Shown here: positions 1 to 8,682 of the stretch, piece after piece
Layout: each line of letters starts with the position of its first letter
Position numbering within the stretch: the first letter of the stretch is position 1
Assembly: GCA_964626635.1 (NCBI GenBank)
Contig: CAZVFY010000001.1
Span: forward strand, 47,782-111,781
Direction: 5' to 3'
Length of the DNA stretch: 64,000 nt
DNA from: an uncultured Candidatus Saccharibacteria bacterium
GTDB lineage: Bacteria > Patescibacteriota > Minisyncoccia > Phycocordibacterales > UBA918
Notes under the pieces: model-generated
What the model was told of the DNA's origin: nothing
The model's database searches: none
Seen by the model: only the letters and a program-made list of their open reading frames with translations
Program-made: the position numbers and the translations under genes

Positions 1-482
1 GGGGTGGACTTGCGAATCTCAATTGTACCAACCGCATTTTCCTCGACATCAATTTGACCGGATGCTTGGACTTGGCTTTCTGCTGTCTCTTCTAGCGTCA
101 TGACGTCATACAGCAAACCGTCTGATTGCGGATTAGAACTGGCAGTAAAATCAGCACTGATCGTCGGTGTCCGATGTTCTGGATTAATGGTAATCTCGGT
201 CTTGCCCATTAATGTACTGAGTACGCTTGCACCGACGATAATGAATCCAGAGACAACGATAGCAGTGATTACACGCCGCTTATCTTTCCTGCGCCCATCA
301 GTAATCACAATATCGCCAGCAGTAGAAGCAGTTTCTGTGCGGGCACGTCGGCGGGACGGCGCAGCTTCAGAATCCTGAGCTTCGGATGATTGGTAGCCTG
401 AGGCTGGTTGAGAAGCTGGTTTGCGGCGATTGCGCGAATTACCAGCGGGCCTAATATCTTGGAGGTTCCATTTTTGCGACAT
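1..482 (-). CDS. Hypothetical membrane-anchored protein (partial; C-terminus runs off the window start). Arg-rich cytoplasmic N-terminus followed by one TM helix.
   Basis: The reverse complement from 482 reads ATG TCG CAA AAA TGG... = MSQKWNLQDIRPAGNSRNRRKP...RRKDKRRVITAIVVSGFIIVGASVLSTLM..., with no stop before position 1. The listed plus-strand ORF 100..378 is its antisense shadow. Confidence 0.45.
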   Translation of the reverse strand, partial: MSQKWNLQDIRPAGNSRNRRKPASQPASGYQSSEAQDSEAAPSRRRARTETASTAGDIVITDGRRKDKRRVITAIVVSGFIIVGASVLSTLMGKTEITINPEHRTPTISADFTASSNPQSDGLLYDVMTLEETAESQVQASGQIDVEENAVGTIEIRKST

Positions 483-506
483 ATACGATTAGTATATCGT
501 TAAATC

Positions 507-1637
507 TCAAACAAATATATATGGCTTAGTATTCGTGTGGACAAAATGAGCCAAACAAGCAAGGTGAGTATCCTGATCTTGAGTCAAGTTCAGCAGTGAT
601 TTAGTGAATGGTGGTTTCTCACCCAGTTGCGTAAACAGTTCGATGACAATGGCACTTGCCAGTTGATCAGCGCCTGCCGCTGCCATAATCACATATCCTA
701 AGCTGGCGTGTTCACGCAATTTTACGTGCAGCGCAGACTTTAATTCACTGGCCAGCTCCTTAATTGAGTCTTGAAATAATTCGGGTTTTTGTTCAAAGTA
801 TACATCAGCGCTATACAATAATTGCTCTAACGTATATTGAGACTGATCGGCTACAGCAGTTAGAATGTGTAGTAAGCCTTGCGACACGTGTTCAGTACGC
901 GCTCCGGTTGTCTGATCAACGGTTGTGATTAGTTCGGTGGCATAGCCCGAAAAGATAATTACATTTGCATGTTCCAACTCAAAATTACTGCGGACAAATT
1001 GTTTTAAAATTTGTGACTCACTGTAGAATTGTATGCCAGAGTTTGGGTACAGCTTACTAAGGGTTTCGATGGCGATAGTGCGTAGTGTTGACTGCAAAAA
1101 CACCACCTCAATCCCCAACTCGATCTTTGAAACTAGTTGCGCATTATACTCGTGTATGGCGTAGCCATTGGCGGTGATACTGCGAACGCAGTAATTCGCT
1201 AGCACTATTTTATTAGCCACTGACGTTTGCGTTTCAACAGCTGATACTAGAGCAGGCTTGGCAGAGGTCGCAATTTTTTCAATCACCTCGTTAGTTAAAC
1301 GGAATGGTTCGCGCGGCTCATGTGTTGTATTGTAAGTAAACGAATGTGAGTAAGGAGCTCCAAAAGTTACGTACAACATTGCTACTCGACCATGGTTCTC
1401 AGTTACTGTCTCTTCAATGATGCTAGAGTGGCCGAGAAGTACATTCACAATAGTTGCTGCTAATAACCGATCCGGTTCCCGCACAATCGAAGCCGAGATG
1501 TGTTCTCGGATCGAGAGTAGCAACTCACCAGATGCAGCATCATGTAAGCCGACCCCAATACTGTGTGATGATACTGATACCAACACATGATATTTTTTTA
1601 CCTTAGATCTAAACACTGCTGACAGTATACCGGTCAT
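507..1637 (-). CDS. Ppx/GppA-family phosphatase (exopolyphosphatase / pppGpp phosphohydrolase-like, ASKHA fold)
   Basis: 376 aa. N-terminal LVSVSSHSIGVGL resembles the Ppx/GppA AIDLGSNSFHLVI motif. IIFSGYATELI resembles the DIGGGSTE motif. Confidence 0.5.
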   Translation of the reverse strand: MTGILSAVFRSKVKKYHVLVSVSSHSIGVGLHDAASGELLLSIREHISASIVREPDRLLAATIVNVLLGHSSIIEETVTENHGRVAMLYVTFGAPYSHSFTYNTTHEPREPFRLTNEVIEKIATSAKPALVSAVETQTSVANKIVLANYCVRSITANGYAIHEYNAQLVSKIELGIEVVFLQSTLRTIAIETLSKLYPNSGIQFYSESQILKQFVRSNFELEHANVIIFSGYATELITTVDQTTGARTEHVSQGLLHILTAVADQSQYTLEQLLYSADVYFEQKPELFQDSIKELASELKSALHVKLREHASLGYVIMAAAGADQLASAIVIELFTQLGEKPPFTKSLLNLTQDQDTHLACLAHFVHTNTKPYIFV

Positions 1638-1669
1638 GAGGACATGTGCGAAGTCCTGATTAGTAACAA

Positions 1670-3559
1670 TTATGTGAACACCGCTTTGATGCGCCTAACG
1701 CCGGCCGAAGAGGACTCTTCCTTTTTGATTGTAAACGTTGGTGTCAGTTCAGTCAGTGATTGTACGTGTGGACCGCCGCACAGTTCTCGTGAGACAACGG
1801 TTTCGTCGGTTAGTTTCATGGTGTAGACCTTGACTTCGTCCGGATACCGATCCCAAAAGCTGCCTTCAACTGTCGGGTCATTCTCAGCGACTGTTTTGGG
1901 CATAGTTTCGATTGTCACTGCCCCACCGCTCTCTATCTGCTCGTTGACCCAGGCTTCGATCTGATCGAGTTGCTCGCGCTCGACCTTTTCGCTGTGCGTA
2001 AAGTCAAAGCGTAGGCGCTCACCAGTGATGTTACTGCCGGCCTGGTGCACGTGGTCGCCGAGGAAGTGCCGCAGCGCCGCTAACAGCAAGTGGGTCGCAG
2101 TGTGATACTGCACCACCGCATCGGATTGGTCAGCCAATCCGCCCTTGAACTTTTGTTCAGCGCCGGCCCGCGAAGTAGCTTGGTGGGTGCTCATTTCTTT
2201 GTCAAAGGCGACTCGATCGACAATGACACCGCGCTCACCAGCTAGTTCCTCGGTTAATTCGTACGGGAAGCCGTAGGTAGTAAATAGCACAAAAGCATCT
2301 CGCCCTGACACTGATCCAGAGTCAACGATTTTTTCAAACTCGCGTGTGCCCTTCTCGAGCGTCTTGCGGAACTGCGTTTCTTCGCTCGCCAGAGCGGTTT
2401 TAATGTCGTCGCGCTTCTCTTTGAGGTAGACGTAGTGGTCTTGGTAACTGGTGATCACGCTGTCTGCCAGTTCAGCAAATGATCCGGCGGGGACGCCCAC
2501 GACATCAGCGTACCGCACCGCGCGGCGGATCAGACGTCGCACAAAGTACCCTTGCTCGCTATTACTCGGCAACACACCGTCCCCGATCATCATAACCGCG
2601 CCACGGATGTGGTCGGTGATGATTCGCATTGGTTCAGCCTGGTCAGCGTAGGACTTTCCAGATAGTTGTTCGATTTGGGTAATTACGTTTTCGAGCAGAT
2701 CCACCACGTACACGTCTGGTGAATCTGCTGCGGCGGCGGCGATCCGCTCTAGTCCCCCACCAAAGTCTACGTTTTGTGCTGGGAGCTTCTCGAAGCCCGT
2801 TTCGGTTTTCACGTACTCCATGAAGACGCTATTGCCAATTTCCATAAATCGCCCACAGTCACACGCTGGGTGGCAGCGCTCGCCGTATTTCGGGTCATGC
2901 ATTGCGCCTGACGGGTCAAAGTCATAAAACATCTCGCTGTCTCCCCCGCCGATTTCGCCAACTGGCATGTTGGCTAGGACGCCAGCGCGGCTCCACCAGT
3001 TTTCTTTGGCGTCGTAGTAGAAAATGCGTTCACCGGCTTTTATGCCACGTGCTGCGGCCTCGTCAGCACTGCCCATTTCGGCGACGCCGTCAGTCAGTCC
3101 GCGCGACTGGAACACTCCTTGCCATAACTCCACTGCCTCGGTATCTTTTGGCACCCCGGCTACCGCGTCACCGATGAACGCCGTGACGTAGAATCGCTCT
3201 GGGTCAAGGCCGACCACATCCAGGTAGAACGCAGCAATACGCGGGATTTGTTCTGCCTTGAAGTAGTCGCCGAGCGACCAGTTCCCCAACATCTCGAAAA
3301 AAGTTGTGTGGTTAAGGTCGCCCACTTCGTCTATGTCCTCGGCCCGGAAACATTTTTGGCTGTTGACGAGGCGCGAACCCTTGGGGTGAGTCTCGCCGAG
3401 GAGGTATGGCACCAGCGGCTGCATCCCACTACCAGTAAATAGCGTGGTCGGGTCGTTGTCTGGTACCAGCGCAGCCGAAGGCACGACCGCGTGACCATGC
3501 TGCTCCATGAACAGTAGATATTTTTGTCTAATGTCAGCAACGCTAAGAGATTTTTTCAT
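1670..3559 (-). CDS. alaS: Alanine--tRNA ligase, short form (catalytic + editing domains, no C-Ala domain)
   Basis: 629 aa. Class II core (FTGSGMQPLVPY, KCFRAEDID), editing-site HTATHLL..H and CGGPHV motifs. It ends about 250 aa earlier than the ~875-aa canonical bacterial AlaRS. Confidence 0.9.
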   Translation of the reverse strand: MKKSLSVADIRQKYLLFMEQHGHAVVPSAALVPDNDPTTLFTGSGMQPLVPYLLGETHPKGSRLVNSQKCFRAEDIDEVGDLNHTTFFEMLGNWSLGDYFKAEQIPRIAAFYLDVVGLDPERFYVTAFIGDAVAGVPKDTEAVELWQGVFQSRGLTDGVAEMGSADEAAARGIKAGERIFYYDAKENWWSRAGVLANMPVGEIGGGDSEMFYDFDPSGAMHDPKYGERCHPACDCGRFMEIGNSVFMEYVKTETGFEKLPAQNVDFGGGLERIAAAAADSPDVYVVDLLENVITQIEQLSGKSYADQAEPMRIITDHIRGAVMMIGDGVLPSNSEQGYFVRRLIRRAVRYADVVGVPAGSFAELADSVITSYQDHYVYLKEKRDDIKTALASEETQFRKTLEKGTREFEKIVDSGSVSGRDAFVLFTTYGFPYELTEELAGERGVIVDRVAFDKEMSTHQATSRAGAEQKFKGGLADQSDAVVQYHTATHLLLAALRHFLGDHVHQAGSNITGERLRFDFTHSEKVEREQLDQIEAWVNEQIESGGAVTIETMPKTVAENDPTVEGSFWDRYPDEVKVYTMKLTDETVVSRELCGGPHVQSLTELTPTFTIKKEESSSAGVRRIKAVFT

Positions 3560-3611
3560 AATCTGGAGAATAACAAACGTAGAGTAGTTCGCAACAGCTT
3601 ATAGAGTTTAC

Positions 3612-3896
3612 CTACAGGCCAGGTAATGCGATGGCTTGATTCACGGCGGCCGCGCACTGCGCTCCGGTACAAGTCAGCATGTCGGTAAAGCCGTAGAAAT
3701 AAATTTCTAGAAAGTATCCTGATATGATCAGCAACACTCCAACGACCGTTAAGACCCGTTCGGTTTTAAAGCTCTTTAATACTAGCTGATCAACGCGTTT
3801 TTCGTGTGCTAACTCGCTATGAGCAATCAATACACCCGCCGCGACCATTACTTTACCGACCATGCTGATGGTCAGACCCCAAAACAGAAGATTCAT
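3612..3896 (-). CDS. Small hypothetical membrane protein (2 predicted TM helices)
   Basis: 94-aa ORF with two hydrophobic helices. No recognisable family. Confidence 0.35.
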   Translation of the reverse strand: MNLLFWGLTISMVGKVMVAAGVLIAHSELAHEKRVDQLVLKSFKTERVLTVVGVLLIISGYFLEIYFYGFTDMLTCTGAQCAAAVNQAIALPGL

Positions 3897-3932
3897 AGCA
3901 GTATCATACCGTACTCGAGCGACATACCTCGA

Positions 3933-5765
3933 TTATTTTGTGAGTTTCTTTAGTTCGCGTATTTCGGCGTCCATTCGCTCCAAGCCGGCTTCAAATGTCG
4001 AGATTTGTTTGGTATTAATTTGCGCGCGCTTAAAAATATTCGCGACGCTATCACTGCCGCCAGCAGTCAAGAAGGCATCAATGCGTGACACGTAACCAGG
4101 GTCAGCTTTAAGGTTGTCTATCATCACGCTACTCATTAGGTGTCCAAAAGCGTATGTATACACATAAAACCCATAACGTAAATGCGCTACGTAGATATAA
4201 GAATGTCCATCTTGTTCAGTGATGTGTACTCCCGCTCCGCAGTATGAGCGTAGATGTTTTTGCATCATCTCGTTGAGTTCGTGGCGTGATATGGCTCCCT
4301 GCGCCCGTACCGTTTCGTGCATTTCTAACTCAAAATTATAGAACGCGATTTGACGCTGAATCGTGGCAATGTCACCACTCAGTTTGTCGTGCAATAGAAC
4401 AGCGCGTTGATCAGGTGTAGTTTGGGCTTGAATGGCGTCAAACAGCAAGCCTTCGAACAACGTGCTGGCAGTTTCGGCTGTCGTGGTTGAGTAGTCCTGG
4501 TAATGGGCTGGCTGAGTTTTCGATCGTTCGCTGTGAATGGCATGACCCATTTCGTGCGCATACGTTTCGAGCGAGCGCATGGTGTCGGCCTGGTTGAGCA
4601 TCACGTAGGTTCGCATGCCGGTATCGCTGGCGCAAAAGGCTCCGCCGCGTTTACCTTGCTGTGGGTACACATCAATCTGTCCGCCGAGCAACAAACGATC
4701 AAATATTTCACCGTAGGTTCGGTCCACGCCATAGAAAACGTCTCGGGCTATCTCGTTGGCCTGTGTAAAGGGCATATGTAGCGGCTCGCCAACACTCGCC
4801 GAGCGTTGCGCGTACTGCAGCTGATCAACGCCGTGAAGGGCAGCTTTTAGTTTGTAGAATTTCTTACTGAGTGCGAAGCCTTTGGTGCTGACCGCTTCAA
4901 TTAATGCCTGAACACTTTTTTCGTCATCATCGTGATCAATAATTGATGCTGAGTACGGCTGTTTATAGCCACGGAGTTCATCCATGGTCTTTTTACGGGC
5001 TGCTACCGCTGTCAGTTCGTGTTCAACAAATTCTGCCAGCTCTGCCACTCGCTCCATGATGGCTGCCCATAGGACTGGTTGATCCTCAAATTGCAGCTTG
5101 CTGACATGATCAAATGCACTGTTGAGTGGCAGTTCCTCATTTTGGTACGTGACGGTACGCGCCCCGAGCATTTTTTCGGTCGCATCGACCCACATGTCAC
5201 TGCTGACATTGCGTAAGCGGCGGATGATTTTCTCTTCTGGTTCTGAGAGGTGATATTTGGCATTCAGGAATCGTTGCTGTAACTCATATTTCCATGGCTG
5301 CAGCTCGCTGGCTCTGAGTAACTGTCGCTGCGATCCTTTTGGAGTTGCCGCCAATTCAAGTCCAAAAAAAAGTAAATTGTTAGAGGCTTTAGTTAGTCGC
5401 TCGGAAAGTAGATTTAGGCGCTTGAGAATAGTCTCGTTAGTCGTATCAAGGGTCGACAAAAAGCTCAAGTACCGGATCGGTTTACCTAAGGCAGACTTTT
5501 CTGACAGGGTGTTCAGGTCTGTGAGGGCTTGAGCGAGGGTGGTGGGGTTACTCGCAAAATCGCTGTCTTTGTAGTGTTTCGCAAACCCAGTGTACGCTTG
5601 TTCGGCGGCGCGTACGTCAGTTTCAATTTGTGGATCATCGATAGATTGGTAGTAATGCGCAGCCACATCCCAAGTGGTTGGTAGCGCTGTGAGGGCCGGA
5701 ACGTCAGGAGTAGACGGCGTGTAGGCAAAATTCTGAACAGGCTGTACGGGTTTTTTCTTAGGCAT
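3933..5765 (-). CDS. pepF: Oligoendopeptidase F (M3B metallopeptidase)
   Basis: 610 aa. HEMGHAIH zincin motif and M3-family length and architecture. Confidence 0.8.
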   Translation of the reverse strand: MPKKKPVQPVQNFAYTPSTPDVPALTALPTTWDVAAHYYQSIDDPQIETDVRAAEQAYTGFAKHYKDSDFASNPTTLAQALTDLNTLSEKSALGKPIRYLSFLSTLDTTNETILKRLNLLSERLTKASNNLLFFGLELAATPKGSQRQLLRASELQPWKYELQQRFLNAKYHLSEPEEKIIRRLRNVSSDMWVDATEKMLGARTVTYQNEELPLNSAFDHVSKLQFEDQPVLWAAIMERVAELAEFVEHELTAVAARKKTMDELRGYKQPYSASIIDHDDDEKSVQALIEAVSTKGFALSKKFYKLKAALHGVDQLQYAQRSASVGEPLHMPFTQANEIARDVFYGVDRTYGEIFDRLLLGGQIDVYPQQGKRGGAFCASDTGMRTYVMLNQADTMRSLETYAHEMGHAIHSERSKTQPAHYQDYSTTTAETASTLFEGLLFDAIQAQTTPDQRAVLLHDKLSGDIATIQRQIAFYNFELEMHETVRAQGAISRHELNEMMQKHLRSYCGAGVHITEQDGHSYIYVAHLRYGFYVYTYAFGHLMSSVMIDNLKADPGYVSRIDAFLTAGGSDSVANIFKRAQINTKQISTFEAGLERMDAEIRELKKLTK

Positions 5766-6357
5766 GATACGTTGTCTCTTGATCTAATAAAAATTGCTTG
5801 AACAATTCAAAAGTGTGATTAAACTCATGTACTATACCACCCTTCAAGCGATTGTTGATCGCATTTGAAACTATCTGGTACGCCTCTATCCTGTCCTGGT
5901 GCGAGTTGCTAAAGTCACGCGCCAACCCACTCGGGTCATCGTGATACGTCTCGATGAGACTACGAAAATTGTGCGTTTTGTCAGCGGCTGCCACCATGAC
6001 CGCTGCCAGAGGGCCGGCTTTTAGCTGTTTGGCGTAGGCTTGTTTGCGTTTGAGTAGCGATTCGCCGCCTGGCGCACCGATGGCTGGTTCGGTCACGGTC
6101 TGTACGATCTCGGCGACGGTTTCGCCAAAATCCCCCGTCAATTCGTCGTATGTGTAGTCTGTGTCTTCGAGTGTGTCATGCAGCAGTGCCGCGACCAATG
6201 TATCCTCATCAGCCGTATAATCACGTAGTAGAAATGTCACCCCCATTAGGTGCGTAATGTATGGCACTGGCACCGATCCCTTGCGTTCATGTGAGTGGTG
6301 TAGGACCGCGGCGGCCTGAATGGCTTGTTCAATTTTTTGGGTATACATAAGACTCAA
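5758..6357 (-). CDS. HD-domain phosphohydrolase, (p)ppGpp-hydrolase-like (small alarmone hydrolase type)
   Basis: 199 aa. HD motif LLHDTLEDT, with an earlier His (YITHLMGV) typical of RelA/SpoT hydrolase-domain proteins. Confidence 0.65.
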   Translation of the reverse strand: MSLMYTQKIEQAIQAAAVLHHSHERKGSVPVPYITHLMGVTFLLRDYTADEDTLVAALLHDTLEDTDYTYDELTGDFGETVAEIVQTVTEPAIGAPGGESLLKRKQAYAKQLKAGPLAAVMVAAADKTHNFRSLIETYHDDPSGLARDFSNSHQDRIEAYQIVSNAINNRLKGGIVHEFNHTFELFKQFLLDQETTYHA

Positions 6358-6395
6358 GACGCTATTTAAATAATAAATGCAGGCGTGTGCTTTTA

Positions 6396-7193
6396 TTACG
6401 CATTCCTTTGCTGGTGAATTTGTAATAATCGCTTACCGACGGCTTCTCGGTATGGGCAGAACTCGCACCGTGGTCCGCTGGCCGGAATGGTTGTGCTGTC
6501 CAAACATTGCTTGATGTCTAGCAACACTGGTTCTATCCAGCTGACGTCAGTGGTGACAGGCACCAGCGTGGTTTCGAATACCAGCTGATTATGAAAACCG
6601 TCTTCGTCTTTGGATGCGTTGGCGTACACGAGGTAACCCGTCTCGGCGACCGTAAATCCGTTTTGTTCTAAGAGCCAACGATAGACCCCCAACTGGCGCT
6701 TGTATTGTTCGTCCCAGGGGCTGTTGCTGAGTTCGGTGATACGACTATGCTTGCTAGTGGCTTTGTAGTCAACGATGATGACTGTGCCCTCAGGCGTCAT
6801 CCATAAGTCGTCGACTCCACCACTGACCACCATCCCGGTCGGCGCGTGGGTGTGCATAATACCTACGAACGGATCGCGCCAGTCATCCAGTGAGTCGTGC
6901 TGCATTGGTACTGCGTCTAAGCCACCTTCAGTCATGATTGGATGTGGTGTGCCAGCTGCGCGATGTACGTCGAACTCTTTTTTAAATAGTTCGTCAACGG
7001 CAATGTTGAGGTTGAATTTAGGAAAGCCGGGCCGTTTAGTTCCCAGAACGTTATCAACCCAAAAACACCGCGGACACTCGATAAAAAAATCAATTTTACT
7101 GCGTGATAATTTCCATTTTGCTCCGCCGTAGTTCCACTGCGCATTTCGGTGCGGATTGTATTTTTTGTAGTCCATTTGCCAGTAGTATAACAA
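6396..7193 (-). CDS. PD-(D/E)XK nuclease superfamily protein, Cas4-like (Cys cluster split between N- and C-termini)
   Basis: 265 aa. N-terminal CPRCFW and C-terminal CEFCPY cysteines as in Cas4/RecB-family Fe-S nucleases. IIVDYK matches the D-x-K catalytic motif. Confidence 0.6.
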   Translation of the reverse strand: MLYYWQMDYKKYNPHRNAQWNYGGAKWKLSRSKIDFFIECPRCFWVDNVLGTKRPGFPKFNLNIAVDELFKKEFDVHRAAGTPHPIMTEGGLDAVPMQHDSLDDWRDPFVGIMHTHAPTGMVVSGGVDDLWMTPEGTVIIVDYKATSKHSRITELSNSPWDEQYKRQLGVYRWLLEQNGFTVAETGYLVYANASKDEDGFHNQLVFETTLVPVTTDVSWIEPVLLDIKQCLDSTTIPASGPRCEFCPYREAVGKRLLQIHQQRNA

Positions 7194-7202
7194 ACTCCCG
7201 CG

Positions 7203-7232
7203 CTTAGGCGCGGGAGTTTGTATTCGTTATAA
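7203..7232 (-). terminator. Intrinsic terminator downstream of the 7242..7757 gene
   Basis: Perfect hairpin aaactcccgcgc-ttag-gcgcgggagttt, followed on the minus strand by TTTGTTATACT. Confidence 0.4.
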
Positions 7233-7241
7233 TGAGCGGCT

Positions 7242-7757
7242 CTACTGAGCGACGAACGTACCGAATACTTCTTCTAGTCGAGTGTCACCATTAGTGTCAA
7301 AGCCAGCTACGCCGTCACTTTCGTAAATAACGATTGCGTACTGTCGCCCCGCTGAAGTTGGGAATTGTAATGGAATTTCATTAGGCGCGATGTCAGCTGA
7401 TTCACTGAATTGCACTGCGCCCAGAATGGTAGCAAATGTTTCGCCATCATAATCCTGCACGGCTACCCAACCTTCGCTGACCGGGTAAATTGCCTGGTCT
7501 AATGTCACAGTCGCGCCAGCTGGTTGATCACTCACGCTCACATTAGTGCTGGTAGGAGTGTCTTCACCTGACCCTTCTGTGTCAGTATCGGTGTCGGTGC
7601 CGTCAATTGCGGTGTCTACGACTGTGTCCACGTCATCGTTGGGTGCGACGGTGTCGTCACCGCCAGAGAATGCCCACACGAGCATACCACCAATGAGGAT
7701 ACCGACGATAAAAGATACGAACGTCTTTGAACTATCTTGTTCTTGCTGTTCTGCCAT
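7242..7757 (-). CDS. Hypothetical membrane-anchored protein with an acidic T/D-rich linker
   Basis: 171 aa. N-terminal TM (FVSFIVGILIGGMLVWAF), then a DTDTDTDTEGSGEDT low-complexity stretch, then a globular C-terminus. Confidence 0.4.
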   Translation of the reverse strand: MAEQQEQDSSKTFVSFIVGILIGGMLVWAFSGGDDTVAPNDDVDTVVDTAIDGTDTDTDTEGSGEDTPTSTNVSVSDQPAGATVTLDQAIYPVSEGWVAVQDYDGETFATILGAVQFSESADIAPNEIPLQFPTSAGRQYAIVIYESDGVAGFDTNGDTRLEEVFGTFVAQ

Positions 7758-7851
7758 ACTTGATTCAATTATGTATTTTCTGACTAATTAGTACGCAAAT
7801 ATAGTAGCATACTCAATTTATTGCACAGGTCTTGACGAAAGTAGCAGAGTA

Positions 7852-8682
7852 TTACACTGTCTTGGTGATGGCTTTGGCTTCGGCGAGGATGGCCTCACGT
7901 TTTTTGTCCGATAAATGTAAGTGTTGGAGTAACTGCGGCCGCTCGACAACATCTCGACACAGCATCGCACCCCGGTCGATCAGCGCTCGGGCCTGGTTGT
8001 TGGATAGGGTTTGCAGGGTCGTGACTGGATAAATACCAGCCCGTTGGATCCGATCGTGTAGATTGTTTCGTTTCGGGTATGTCCAACTTAGTAGAGGCAA
8101 GCCAACGCAGCGCGCGTACCGTTCGGCGGCACTAGTAAATTTGGTGTTGGTTACAATCCAAAATTCAGTGATGCCGCAGTGGTCAGCGGTGCAAATCTTT
8201 TGAGCCTTGAGGTCGAGCAAGCGAGCGTGTGAATACATGGCAACTTGCAAGTCAGATTTGATGCCTGGACGAGCATGGAATTTTGCTTCGGCCACAAAAG
8301 AGTGGTCGTCTTTGTAGGCAGCGACATCGATCTCGTGATCAGCGCATTTGCCACTGAGGGTCAGACCAGTTTCGGTGGTATACCCATCACACTCGAACAG
8401 TCGAGCGAGGAATGTCTCGAACGGAAATCCGGTTGGACCTAAATTAAACAAAGCCCGCCGCAGTGAATACCGTGCTGCTACTGCCCCACCCCCCGCACGT
8501 AGCAACTCAAAAGCGCGACGGTAGATCTCCTGAGTCGACATGCCATCGCGGAGGGTTGGGGTGATGGTCGAGAGGATTTCACGCATCTCGTCAGGTCCGG
8601 CACCGGCTCGGCGAAGTGATCGGCGTAATTTTTCAATTTTGAAGAATTCTTGGCTGCCGTCGGCCTTGGTAATCGTAATCAT
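7852..8682 (-). CDS. ATP-cone domain protein fused to a restriction-endonuclease-like (PD-(D/E)XK) domain
   Basis: 276 aa. N-terminal ITKADGSQEFFKIEKLRRSLRRAG matches the ATP-cone consensus (VIKRDGr.E.Fd.eKl..sl). The C-terminal HEIDVAAYKDDHSFVAEAKFH contains a D...E-x-K nuclease motif. Confidence 0.6.
   Translation of the reverse strand: MITITKADGSQEFFKIEKLRRSLRRAGAGPDEMREILSTITPTLRDGMSTQEIYRRAFELLRAGGGAVAARYSLRRALFNLGPTGFPFETFLARLFECDGYTTETGLTLSGKCADHEIDVAAYKDDHSFVAEAKFHARPGIKSDLQVAMYSHARLLDLKAQKICTADHCGITEFWIVTNTKFTSAAERYARCVGLPLLSWTYPKRNNLHDRIQRAGIYPVTTLQTLSNNQARALIDRGAMLCRDVVERPQLLQHLHLSDKKREAILAEAKAITKTV

Noticed and set aside
100-378. Plus-strand 92-aa ORF at the window start
   Set aside because: It lies antisense inside a longer, better-looking minus-strand reading frame (1..482) that starts with a clean ATG and encodes a TM protein. 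It is a shadow ORF.
6396-8682. Searched for a CRISPR array or further cas genes near the Cas4-like nuclease
   Set aside because: No direct-repeat/spacer periodicity is visible anywhere in the window. No Cas1/Cas2-like ORFs. The Cas4-like gene is treated as a stand-alone PD-(D/E)XK nuclease.
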